From positions 1 through 64,000 of the forward strand of contig JADKCK010000037.1 of the NCBI GenBank assembly GCA_016718845.1: a stretch of DNA of 64,000 bases, read 5' to 3'. Of this stretch, positions 56,201-64,000 are shown piece by piece. How positions within the stretch are numbered: the first letter of the stretch is position 1; every line of letters begins with the position of its first letter. A program made the translations under genes and the position numbers. The stretch is from Sphingobacteriales bacterium. GTDB taxonomy: Bacteria; Bacteroidota; Bacteroidia; Chitinophagales; UBA2359. Below the pieces are notes generated by a model, which did not search any database, was not told the origin of the DNA, and saw only the letters and a program-made list of their open reading frames with translations.

Positions 56201-57601
56201 ATGGTCGTCGGTAATACCTGCTTCTTGCATTAAACAAGCATTTAGGTAAGCAAGGTCTGTTACCGAAATGTTGTTGTCTAAGTTCAAATCGTTGCAAGAT
56301 GCAGGGGCAAGGGTATTTTGTAAAATGCCGTTGGCATACAAACCGCGGTCGTTGTTGTCGCGTTGGTAGTTTACGTTAAGGTCGCCTGCTTTGCGAATGC
56401 CATTACAGTTGCCATCGCAGTCGGGTTGTGCCGAGCCGTAAATTTCGCCTGCACAATCTATAAAGGGGTTACAGGTTTCGGCAAGTGTTACTGTTGTAGT
56501 GCCGCCACTGCGGTTAATGTTGATACACATTTGTCCCCAATTGTTATCGTATCGGGTTTCGTAGTTGCCTAATTTATCGGGCGAGTGGTCCCAGTTTACG
56601 CGTACTACCATGGTATATAAGCCAGCGGGTATGTTGGTAATATCTATCCATTGGCATTGTAAGCCTGAGTTGTAAATATCGCCACATTGTGCGGTAATAC
56701 CTTGGTTGGTGCAATTAAATTTAGCCGAACCGCCATCGCCGCACTCCAAATCCATTACACAAAAGCCGTTTTTAAAACCTGCCGGAATTTTAACGCCATT
56801 GGCATCGTACAACAGATACTCGGCGTAGCCTTCGTAGTGCCAGTGACCGTGGCACTCGTCCCACTCCCATTGTGTGGTGGCGGTGGCGGTGCTTGCGGGT
56901 GTTTGTCCTACGTAATAATCTTGGTTGCCAATATTTTTGATGTGGGTGGTAAAGCGCACTATTTCGCGGGTTCCGTATCCTTTCATACAGCCTTCGGCAA
57001 CGGTACAAGCGTTGGTGCTATTCAGGGTTTGGAAGTACATAGAGCTAGACAACTCGCTTTCGACAACCATTAAATCGGGACCCGACGGGCAGTTGGGGTT
57101 GCCTGCCGATAGGCACATGGCGGGGTCGTTGATGGTGGCGGTGGGGTTATAGTTGCAAGCATCTAAATCCATGCAACCTGTTATGGCTCCGGCAAAACTT
57201 AAATCCCACTGTATGGCGGTGCTTTGGCACGATGTACCTTCATCGCCGATGCGTATGTAGTAGGTTACATTTTTGAACAAGCCAGTTTGCAAAGTTGCCT
57301 GATTGCCGCAACCGCTCGACGACCAAGCAACAGAGCCTGTTTGTAGGTCGTCGTAGACAATACCTGTGCAGTGGTCGTAAAACCAAACGGCGGTATTACA
57401 AGTGTTACCCGTGCAGGTGCTTAACACAAACAAACCTGTGGTGTCGGGTGTAAAACTGTACCAAGCATCGGGACCTGGTGCTGTATAGCTACCTACTGTT
57501 ACAACGGTAGCATTGCTACACGATGTACCTTGTGCCATTAATGGTGCTGCAAAAAACAGGCACAATAGGCACAGAAACGAAAGTTTGAAAAAATGGTTCA
57601 T
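53222..57601 (-). CDS. giant T9SS-secreted protein with a lysyl-oxidase-like copper amine oxidase domain, SprB-type repeats, Ig-like/Fn3 domains and a T9SS CTD
   Basis: A signal peptide MNHFFKLSFLCLLCLFFAAPLMAQG is present. The LOX-like block is QWEWDECHGHWHYEGYAEYLLYD. SprB-like repeats (..GTYTVTVTDANGCNATATKTVAV..), an Fn3 (LQWSSVAGATNYTIQG) and a CTD (...LPQGYYLVELNDGVTRVNQKLVVVK) follow. The start was trimmed to ATG 57601. Confidence 0.65.
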   Translation of the reverse strand: MNHFFKLSFLCLLCLFFAAPLMAQGTSCSNATVVTVGSYTAPGPDAWYSFTPDTTGLFVLSTCTGNTCNTAVWFYDHCTGIVYDDLQTGSVAWSSSGCGNQATLQTGLFKNVTYYIRIGDEGTSCQSTAIQWDLSFAGAITGCMDLDACNYNPTATINDPAMCLSAGNPNCPSGPDLMVVESELSSSMYFQTLNSTNACTVAEGCMKGYGTREIVRFTTHIKNIGNQDYYVGQTPASTATATTQWEWDECHGHWHYEGYAEYLLYDANGVKIPAGFKNGFCVMDLECGDGGSAKFNCTNQGITAQCGDIYNSGLQCQWIDITNIPAGLYTMVVRVNWDHSPDKLGNYETRYDNNWGQMCININRSGGTTTVTLAETCNPFIDCAGEIYGSAQPDCDGNCNGIRKAGDLNVNYQRDNNDRGLYANGILQNTLAPASCNDLNLDNNISVTDLAYLNACLMQEAGITDDHGHDHCDLPAFNIYNPNDTAWFAIGNYSAANQYIDIYLRSPITHLHALQFDVSGINITNAVLQPIADYNANVYYNATTGRVIIYPSDTTHIEHIDDFAPFLRLYYSNASISISDVLLNNFTLVNDHLEEFVAQYYYTPTLPPSCSLAMQVCLNGAFSYPANTSSNNTGAIGCINNTSNRGWTYLPVSSSGNISISANNTAGANINYAVWGPFANVAAALGSCGSLGTPIHCESGPAPNTNFTLTGATAGQVYLLLTTNQSAAITNIVLQQTGGTGSVGVTAQAATLTACNTGNNTGSFVLSNAAVVPASLTGATVSYYPTLADANNKTNAIAQTPYVSAATTVYARVESSTGCYAISTITLALAAAPSGTISGGTCSANVSLNLAVSSGTAPYTFAWNDGVTTQNRTNVDAGTYTVTITDANGCNATATKTVAVCCFTAVRACLNAPFTYPVSTTGTAETGNNYGCLSQRPKPRWFWLPASKLGTVTLNINASPAIDIDYAVWGPFSSEAAVSCGTLPAPISCDYTGTIGGTANLTVTAAGQGFLVLVTNFTSSTANIILQQTGGTGALGVTANNATLQACDLGNGTANFNLSSAAVVPSSLVGVSARFFANQNDAQNGTNALNATSYNSPAATVYARVELPNSCFAISTVTLQLKAKPTANLTNANICAGQTATLTPTGGTYTAYLWSNGSTTSGINAASSGTYTVTVTAANACTATAAATITQSTPTTTIGNVNNAACGALGSMSATSTGGTAPYSLAWSNGQISSTINNLSAATYTVTVSDATNCTATASASITSNLNPPATLNVVNITNTSAKLQWSSVAGATNYTIQGRKVGTATWTTIGPLTGNSKTVNTLSACKNYEWKVRANCTGGTSSAFSTLNTFVTAGCAGMLYADEQDAAKTDNEFTAEALTLTPNPANNAVTINYYTDTENPITIRLFDALGKTVLQQQANATLGENQLNIDLTALPQGYYLVELNDGVTRVNQKLVVVK

Positions 57602-57819
57602 AGGATTATGTATGAAAAATGGTAATTGGCTATGGTTGGTTGTGGAACGGCAAATGTAACCTTTTTTTTTGTTCTGTGTATGTTTTGGGTAAGAAAAAAA
57701 ACTTTTAGCGATTTTATTGTACGATATGGGTAGGTCTACGTTTTTATTAGATAGAGGCGTTTCGACTATGCTCAACAACCGCTACTTTTTAACGTTGGCA
57801 TCAAAAAGAAACAAAAAAA

Positions 57820-57861
57820 GAAACGCTGTTAATAGCTAAACCACTAACAGCGTTTTTTTAC
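57820..57861. terminator. bidirectional rho-independent terminator downstream of DedA
   Basis: The hairpin is aaacgctgttaa-tagctaaaccac-taacagcgttttttt, preceded by an A-rich tract. Confidence 0.5.
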
Positions 57862-57895
57862 AAATTGGGATGATAAAAGGGAGTTGTGTGGTAAC

Positions 57896-58534
57896 TTAGC
57901 TATTTTTACGTGCTTTTAATGCCCCCCAAATAGGTGGTAACAACGATAAAAAGATGACGGTTAAGATGATATAATGGAGTGATTCGCGGACTGTATCTTG
58001 CGAGAAGCCAAACATAGCGGCTAATTGTACTAAGAAATAACCCAATAAGCCCATCGACAATACCCAACTTATTGCCCCTATACAGCTATAGGTGATGTAT
58101 CGGCGGTAAGATAAATCGCTTACGCCAGCTAATATAGGCACCATTGAGCGGATAATGGGTACAAATTTACCTACAATAATGGCTAAGTTACCGTATTTGG
58201 CATAAAACTCGCGGGTTTGGGTAATGTATTTTTGTTTAAAATACCAAGTGTCGGGTTTGTCGTATAGGGCAACACCTACTCGGTTGCCAATAAGGTAGCC
58301 TGTTGAGTCGCCCAAGATGGTCATGATAATCATGCCCAACATCAACAGCCATATATTGCTGATGTTAAGCATGCCAATAGCGCAAAAGAAACCTGCCGTA
58401 ACGATGAGTGAGTCGCCGGGCAAGAAAAAGCACATTAAGCCTGTTTCGGCAAACAAAACGGCAAATATGGCAATAGCCCCGTAGGTTTTTATAAGGTACT
58501 CGGGCTTTATTAGTTGTAACAATTCGTGAATCAT
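57896..58534 (-). CDS. DedA/SNARE-associated family membrane protein
   Basis: It has multiple TM helices and the DedA core GYLIGNRVG...KYGNLAIIVGKFVPIIRSMVPILAGVS. The start was trimmed to ATG 58534. Confidence 0.75.
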   Translation of the reverse strand: MIHELLQLIKPEYLIKTYGAIAIFAVLFAETGLMCFFLPGDSLIVTAGFFCAIGMLNISNIWLLMLGMIIMTILGDSTGYLIGNRVGVALYDKPDTWYFKQKYITQTREFYAKYGNLAIIVGKFVPIIRSMVPILAGVSDLSYRRYITYSCIGAISWVLSMGLLGYFLVQLAAMFGFSQDTVRESLHYIILTVIFLSLLPPIWGALKARKNS

Positions 58535-58665
58535 GGTGCAAAGATACAAGCCTTTAGGCAATTTTGCTTATATAAGGGCGTGTTTTTTTTGACGGCTTGA
58601 TAAATTTTGGCTGCCCGCTTTTGGCTGTCCGCTTCAGGCTTTTGGCTTGTCCGCTAAAAACGGCG

Positions 58666-59065
<400 letters not shown>

Positions 59066-59121
59066 GTCCCAAGCCTATGCCGAACAACTGTAGCTTGTAG
59101 CCAATAGCCGGGCACAACCGC

Positions 59122-59167
59122 AAAAAAACACCAACTGCTTTTTGAGGGCAGTTGGTGTTTTTTTTTG
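59122..59167. terminator. rho-independent terminator downstream of the 59225..62665 gene
   Basis: The hairpin is caaaaaaacaccaactgc-tttttgaggg-gcagttggtgttttttttt. Confidence 0.6.
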
Positions 59168-59224
59168 AGTCTTAGTTTTACTCAATAGAGTAGGGTTTAA
59201 ACTTTACTAATTTAGAGCCATTGT

Positions 59225-62200
59225 TTATTTTTTCAACAACTTAGTGGTGCTTGTACCGTTTGGCGTGTTGATAGTTACAAAGTACGTGCCTACTGCATAG
59301 CTGCTTACATCAAGTGTTAGCTTATTGTTGCCTGCTGTGGTGTTTAGTTGTTGGGTATACACCAATTTACCTACTACGTCGTATACCAATAAGGTGGCAG
59401 TAGCAACTTTGGGGCTATCAAAACTTAGGCTTACTAAGTTGCTTGCAGGGTTTGGCTCAATGGTGCTAACAAACACGGTTGTATTGCGGCTAACCGTTAC
59501 TACACCCAATTGTTTGGTCGTTCCGTCGTAATCGGTTTGGGTTAAACGATAGTAGGTTAAGCCATTAGCCGCATTTTTATCCAACATTTGGTAGTGTTGG
59601 TTAGTGTTGCTATTACCTACGCCTTTAACGGTAGTTATTTGGATATAGTTTGTACCATCGATTGAGCTATATAGCGTAAAATAGTCGTTGTTTATTTCGC
59701 TGGCGGTTGTCCATTCAATTAAGTTGCCGTTGTTTTGTGCTTTACCATTTAAACGCACCAAATTAACAGCTACTGCATTTTGTATCAACACAACAATGTT
59801 GGCGGTGCTAGTAAATGTACCATCGCTAACGCTATATTCAATAGTCATTAAACCACTAAAATCATTATCAACAATTATGTTAACCGTACCTGTTGTGGCA
59901 TCAAAAGTTAAGCTACCACCTTGGTCTGGTTGCGATACGTTATAGGTTAGGGCATCGCCATTGGCATCAGATGTATATTCCGATAATTGTACGATAAGGC
60001 TACCTACATTCACCGCTGCCGATGCACTCACGTTTTCTGCAACAACTTTTTTGTAGAAAAACACATTATCTACATAAACAGTAGTTGCTCCGGTAGGTTG
60101 TCCTACTAATATGTATTGTGCGATATGAGATGTTGTGGTTAGCCCAACGAAATCGCTAAGTGGAATATCTAAACTTACCCATGTAGCTTGTGCTGGGCTG
60201 TTTATGTTTACCTGATGCTCTACATCATCGCCGCCGCCAAATGCGCCGTCGGCACCAAAATCTACCAACTTAATGCCAAATAGGGTAAAATTGGGCGACC
60301 AGATGTCGATATGGAAAAAGTCCATTTCGGAAACATCTAATTGGTTAGTTACGGTTTCGATACCCACGTAATCGAGTGCCGAGTATTTTTTGGTAGGATT
60401 GCCGGCTATTGTTACATCTTCAAGTGTTGCAGACGACCAATCGGTTCTCCATGTATCGACAGGAACATTGGTATAGGCATCGCTGAACAATGAAATTACG
60501 TTGGCTGCATCTTGGGTAGGTGTTGGTGCTGCTACGGTAGGTTCGGTTGGACCTACAACATCTTCTTTGTAGAAAAATACATTATCTACATAAACAGTAG
60601 TTGAGCCGGTAGGTTGTCCTACTAATATGTATTGAGCTATGTTAGACGTTGTGGTTAGCCCAACGAAATCGCTAAGTGGAATATCTAAACTTACCCAAGT
60701 AGCTTGTGCAGGGCTGTTTATGTTTACCTGATGCTCTACATCGTCGCCGCCGCCAAATGCGCCGTCGGCACCAAAATCTACCAATTTAATACCAAATAGG
60801 GTAAAATTGGGCGACCAGATGTCGATATGGAAAAATTCCATTTCAGAAACATCTAATTGGTTAGTTACGGTTTCGATACCTACGAAATCGAGTGCAGAGT
60901 ATTTTTTGGTAGGATTGCCAGCTATTGTTACATCTTCAAGTGTTGCAGACGACCAATCGGTTCTCCATGTGTCGACAGGAACATTGGTATAGACATGGCT
61001 GAACAACGAAATTACGTTGGCTGCATCTTGGGTAGGTGTTGGTGCTGCTACAGTAGGTTCGGTGGGAGCTACAACATCTTCTTTGTAGAAAAATACATTA
61101 TCTACATAAACAGTAGTTGCACCGGTTGGTTGTCCTACTAATATGTATTGTGCGATATGAGCCGTTGTGGTTAGACCAGCGAAATCGCTCAATGGAATAT
61201 CTAAACTTACCCATGTAGCTTGTGCAGGACTGTTTATATTTACCTGATGCTCTACATCATCGCCGCCGCCAAATGCGCCATCGGCACCAAAATCTACCAA
61301 CTTAATACCAAATAGGGTAAAATTGGGCGACCAGATGTCGATATGGAAAAATTCCATTTCGGAAACATCTAATTGGTTAGCTACGGTTTCGATACCTACA
61401 TAATCGAGTGCGGAATATTTTTTGGTAGCGTTGCCAGCTATTGTTACATCTTCAAGTGTTGCAGACGACCAATCGGTTCTCCATGTGTCGACAGGAACGT
61501 TGGTATAGGCATCGCTGAACAACGAAATTACGTTGGCTGCATCTTGGGTAGGTGTTGGTGCTGCTACGGTAGGTTCGGTTGGACCTACAACATCTTCTTT
61601 GTAGAAAAATACATTATCTACATAAACAGTAGTTGCACCGGTTGGTTGTCCTACTAATATGTATTGTGCTATGTGAGATGTTGTAGTTAGTCCAGTGAAA
61701 TCGCTCAATGGAATATCTAAACTTACCCATGTAGCTTGTGCGGGGGCGTTTATGTTTACCTGATGCTCTACATCATCGCCGCCGCCAAATGCTCCATTGG
61801 CACCAAAATCTACCAACTTAATACCAAATAAGGTGAAATTGGGCGACCAGATGTCGATATGGAAAAAGTCCATTTCGGAAACATCTAATTGGTTAGTTAC
61901 GGTTTCGATACCTACGAAATCGAGTGCGGAATATTTTTTGGTAGCGTTGCCAGCTATTGTTACATCTTCAAGTGTTGCAGACGACCAATCGGTTCTCCAT
62001 GTATCGACAGTAACGTTGGTATAAGCACCGCTGAACAACGAAATTACGTTGGCTGCATCTTGGGTAGGTGTTGGGGCGGCTACAGTAGGTTCGGTTGGAG
62101 CACTTCCGTTGTCAGAAAAAGTAATGTCATCAAAATAGATGATATTATCCTGAGTTCTGCCGCCTAAATTAAAATCTGGGAATACAATAATTTGGTCTAA

Positions 62201-62665
62201 TTGACCTTCGGATGCAGGAGGGTTAATAAACGAGGAGAAGTTGAAAGTAAGCTCTTCCCATTGGTTTACCAAGGTATTAGCCACTTTAATTTCGCCTTGT
62301 GACCAACCTGTTGGGCTAGCCAGTTTTATACCTACATCGCTAATCACCGATTTCCAAACCTTAATTTTGATGGTGGAAGTGGTGGCATCGAGCACAAAGG
62401 GACCTAGGTCTGAGCCGTGGAGCGATTCGCAACCTGCCCAAGGGTTTCCGGCTTGCAATGCGGTAAATTTTGCTACTGTGGCAGAAGTGTTAATTCCGGA
62501 CGGATCTGGATTTGCGACAATCTCTAATGTGGAATTAGTAGCATTTTCGAAAACTGTCCAAGTCCAACCTGCGCCATTTCCGCCTGCTTCAAAATCAATT
62601 GGGGCGTTTTGTGCAAAAGTTAGCGATGCAAAGAGCATTAAGCAAAGAAATGTAAAATTCTTCAT
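59225..62665 (-). CDS. T9SS-secreted cell-surface protein with an N-terminal CBM-like domain, four tandem 172-aa repeats, an Ig-like domain and a T9SS CTD
   Basis: A signal peptide MKNFTFLCLMLFASLTFAQ is present. There are four near-identical repeats PTEPTVAAPTPTQDAANVISLFS...VYVDNVFFYKEDVV. The CTD is ...VGTYFVTINTPNGTSTTKLLKK. Confidence 0.65.
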   Translation of the reverse strand: MKNFTFLCLMLFASLTFAQNAPIDFEAGGNGAGWTWTVFENATNSTLEIVANPDPSGINTSATVAKFTALQAGNPWAGCESLHGSDLGPFVLDATTSTIKIKVWKSVISDVGIKLASPTGWSQGEIKVANTLVNQWEELTFNFSSFINPPASEGQLDQIIVFPDFNLGGRTQDNIIYFDDITFSDNGSAPTEPTVAAPTPTQDAANVISLFSGAYTNVTVDTWRTDWSSATLEDVTIAGNATKKYSALDFVGIETVTNQLDVSEMDFFHIDIWSPNFTLFGIKLVDFGANGAFGGGDDVEHQVNINAPAQATWVSLDIPLSDFTGLTTTSHIAQYILVGQPTGATTVYVDNVFFYKEDVVGPTEPTVAAPTPTQDAANVISLFSDAYTNVPVDTWRTDWSSATLEDVTIAGNATKKYSALDYVGIETVANQLDVSEMEFFHIDIWSPNFTLFGIKLVDFGADGAFGGGDDVEHQVNINSPAQATWVSLDIPLSDFAGLTTTAHIAQYILVGQPTGATTVYVDNVFFYKEDVVAPTEPTVAAPTPTQDAANVISLFSHVYTNVPVDTWRTDWSSATLEDVTIAGNPTKKYSALDFVGIETVTNQLDVSEMEFFHIDIWSPNFTLFGIKLVDFGADGAFGGGDDVEHQVNINSPAQATWVSLDIPLSDFVGLTTTSNIAQYILVGQPTGSTTVYVDNVFFYKEDVVGPTEPTVAAPTPTQDAANVISLFSDAYTNVPVDTWRTDWSSATLEDVTIAGNPTKKYSALDYVGIETVTNQLDVSEMDFFHIDIWSPNFTLFGIKLVDFGADGAFGGGDDVEHQVNINSPAQATWVSLDIPLSDFVGLTTTSHIAQYILVGQPTGATTVYVDNVFFYKKVVAENVSASAAVNVGSLIVQLSEYTSDANGDALTYNVSQPDQGGSLTFDATTGTVNIIVDNDFSGLMTIEYSVSDGTFTSTANIVVLIQNAVAVNLVRLNGKAQNNGNLIEWTTASEINNDYFTLYSSIDGTNYIQITTVKGVGNSNTNQHYQMLDKNAANGLTYYRLTQTDYDGTTKQLGVVTVSRNTTVFVSTIEPNPASNLVSLSFDSPKVATATLLVYDVVGKLVYTQQLNTTAGNNKLTLDVSSYAVGTYFVTINTPNGTSTTKLLKK
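60045..62110. repeat. intragenic tandem repeat, 4 x 516 bp, >95% identical
   Basis: The landmark tttgtagaaaaa[ct]acattatctacataaacagtag recurs at 60050, 60567, 61083 and 61599. It generates mirrored artefactual + strand ORFs (60857.., 61373.., 61889..). Confidence 0.85.
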
Positions 62666-63235
62666 TGTGATTTTCTTTAGTAATTGTCAAATTTGAGCCT
62701 TAAATTTAAGATGATTTTTTTACTTGGTTTTATATTAGCCTTAAGTGTTTAACAGCCATTTGGGGTGCTCTATCAACCCCTCCTTTCGTTATAATTAGTT
62801 GCCCAACTGGCTTTTTCACTATAACGGTTTTATTAGGGTATTTGTTCGCAACCGAATGGTAATTATTGGGCGTGTTCCTAAATAGTTGGACAATTGAACA
62901 AGTGAAACAAATACATTATGTTGATTGATAGAAATATTTTGTACCACGGTGGGTTGTTTTTATAATCCCATCGGAAGGCAGTTCTTCTTTTTGTTACCCT
63001 ATCATTTGAAACTTCTTGGTCAATAGATTTAACAGAATGGCAACAACTTCTGAACCTCGTCTGAGCCAATTATTAATTGAAAAATCATTGTTTCTAGCTC
63101 GGCTATGCTCATACTGCAAAGGTATGTATCCTTTCCCATTTTTTTCTAAATTCCAAGCTTTTTTTTTTAACTTTTTGAAGAAATACAGAAAAACGAAAAA
63201 AAACAATGCACTTGTGTTGGTATTTATTTTTTTCA

Positions 63236-63273
63236 ACAAAAAAACTCCCTTGTTTTTAACAAGGGAGTTTTTG
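63236..63273. terminator. rho-independent terminator downstream of the partial paralog gene
   Basis: The hairpin is aaaaaaactcccttgtt-ttt-aacaagggagttttt. Confidence 0.55.
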
Positions 63274-63308
63274 AAGATTGTTGCTTGTAGCAAGATACAA
63301 ACAAGCCT

Positions 63309-64000
63309 TTATTTTTTCAACAACTTAGCGGTACTTGTACCGTTTGGTGTGTTGATAGTTACAAAGTAGGTACCTACTGCATAGTTGCTTACATCAAGTG
63401 TTAGCATGTTGTTGCCTGCTGTGGTGTTTAGTTGTTGGGTATACACCAATTTACCTGCTACATCGTGTACCAATAAGGTAGCGATAGCAACTTTGGGGCT
63501 ATCAAAACTTAGGCTTACTAAGTTGCTTGCAGGGTTTGGCTCAATGGTGCTAACAAACACGGTTGCATTACGGCTAACCGTTACTACGCCCAATTGTTTG
63601 GTCGTTCCGTCGTAATCGGTTTGGGTTAAACGGTAGTAGGTTAAGCCATTAGCAGCGTTTTTATCCAACATTTGGTAGTGTTGGTTGGTTGTGCTATTAC
63701 CTACGCCTTTAACTGTAGCTATTTGGATATAGTTTGTGCCATCGGTTGAGCTATACAGCGTAAAATAGTCGTTGTTCACTTCGCTGGCGGTTGTCCATTC
63801 AATTAGGTTGCCGTTGTTTTCGGCTTTACCGCTCAAACGCACTAAATTAACTGCTACTGCATTTTGTATCAACACAACAATGTTGGCGGTGCTAGTAAAT
63901 GTACCATCGCTAACGCTATATTCAATGGTCATTAAACCACTAAAACCATTATCTACAATTATGTTAACCGCACCTGTTGTGGCATCAAAAGTTAAGCTAC
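63309..64000 (-). CDS. partial gene (5' end outside the window): paralog of the Ig-like plus T9SS CTD C-terminal region of the 59225..62665 protein
   Basis: The C-terminal 207 aa (TIEYSVSDGTFTSTANIVVLIQNAVAVNLVRL...GTYFVTINTPNGTSTAKLLKK) are ~93% identical to the end of the 59225 gene. DNA identity extends from the stop to the window edge. Confidence 0.6.
   Translation of the reverse strand, partial: SLTFDATTGAVNIIVDNGFSGLMTIEYSVSDGTFTSTANIVVLIQNAVAVNLVRLSGKAENNGNLIEWTTASEVNNDYFTLYSSTDGTNYIQIATVKGVGNSTTNQHYQMLDKNAANGLTYYRLTQTDYDGTTKQLGVVTVSRNATVFVSTIEPNPASNLVSLSFDSPKVAIATLLVHDVAGKLVYTQQLNTTAGNNMLTLDVSNYAVGTYFVTINTPNGTSTAKLLKK

Noticed and set aside
60857-62167. Three near-identical 92-94-aa + strand ORFs (60857.., 61373.., 61889..)
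   Set aside because: They recur with the 516-bp period of the minus-strand repeat protein and are shadow ORFs of its tandem repeats.

Overview
This is a 64-kb window from what looks like a Bacteroidota chromosome of about 45% GC. Three features support that: many proteins with Type IX secretion (T9SS) C-terminal sorting domains, TonB-dependent receptors, and candidate TAnnTTTG -7 promoter motifs. The recognisable core genes are a flotillin, a cysteine synthase, a TonB-dependent receptor, rpe, uvrB, an AlkA-like glycosylase, aroE, tilS, lepA, dcd and DedA. There is also a purine catabolism cluster with a xanthine dehydrogenase Mo subunit, an allantoinase-like amidohydrolase and an allantoicase. 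Between these lie accessory genes: a two-gene module of an ABC/AAA ATPase plus an HNH endonuclease (Septu PtuA/PtuB-like candidate antiphage module), a stand-alone TPR-CHAT protease, a pseudokinase-like protein with a polyacidic tail, and several very large T9SS-secreted repeat proteins. One of those carries a lysyl-oxidase-like domain and another has four identical 516-bp tandem repeats. The window is unusually rich in species-specific repeat families. These include CATAG-iteron-like modular arrays that resemble CRISPR arrays but are not, 21-bp satellites, GTGAAGG heptamer tracts, a GC-rich hairpin mini-element found in-frame inside three CDSs, and other dispersed motifs. At least nine genes, some essential (lepA, aroE), show apparent frameshifts, mostly at or near short homopolymer runs, with at least one exception. 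Together with a 400-bp adenine-free G/C/T homopolymer tract at 58.67-59.07 kb, this suggests systematic sequencing or assembly errors rather than true pseudogenes. No rRNA, tRNA or genuine CRISPR array was recognised.
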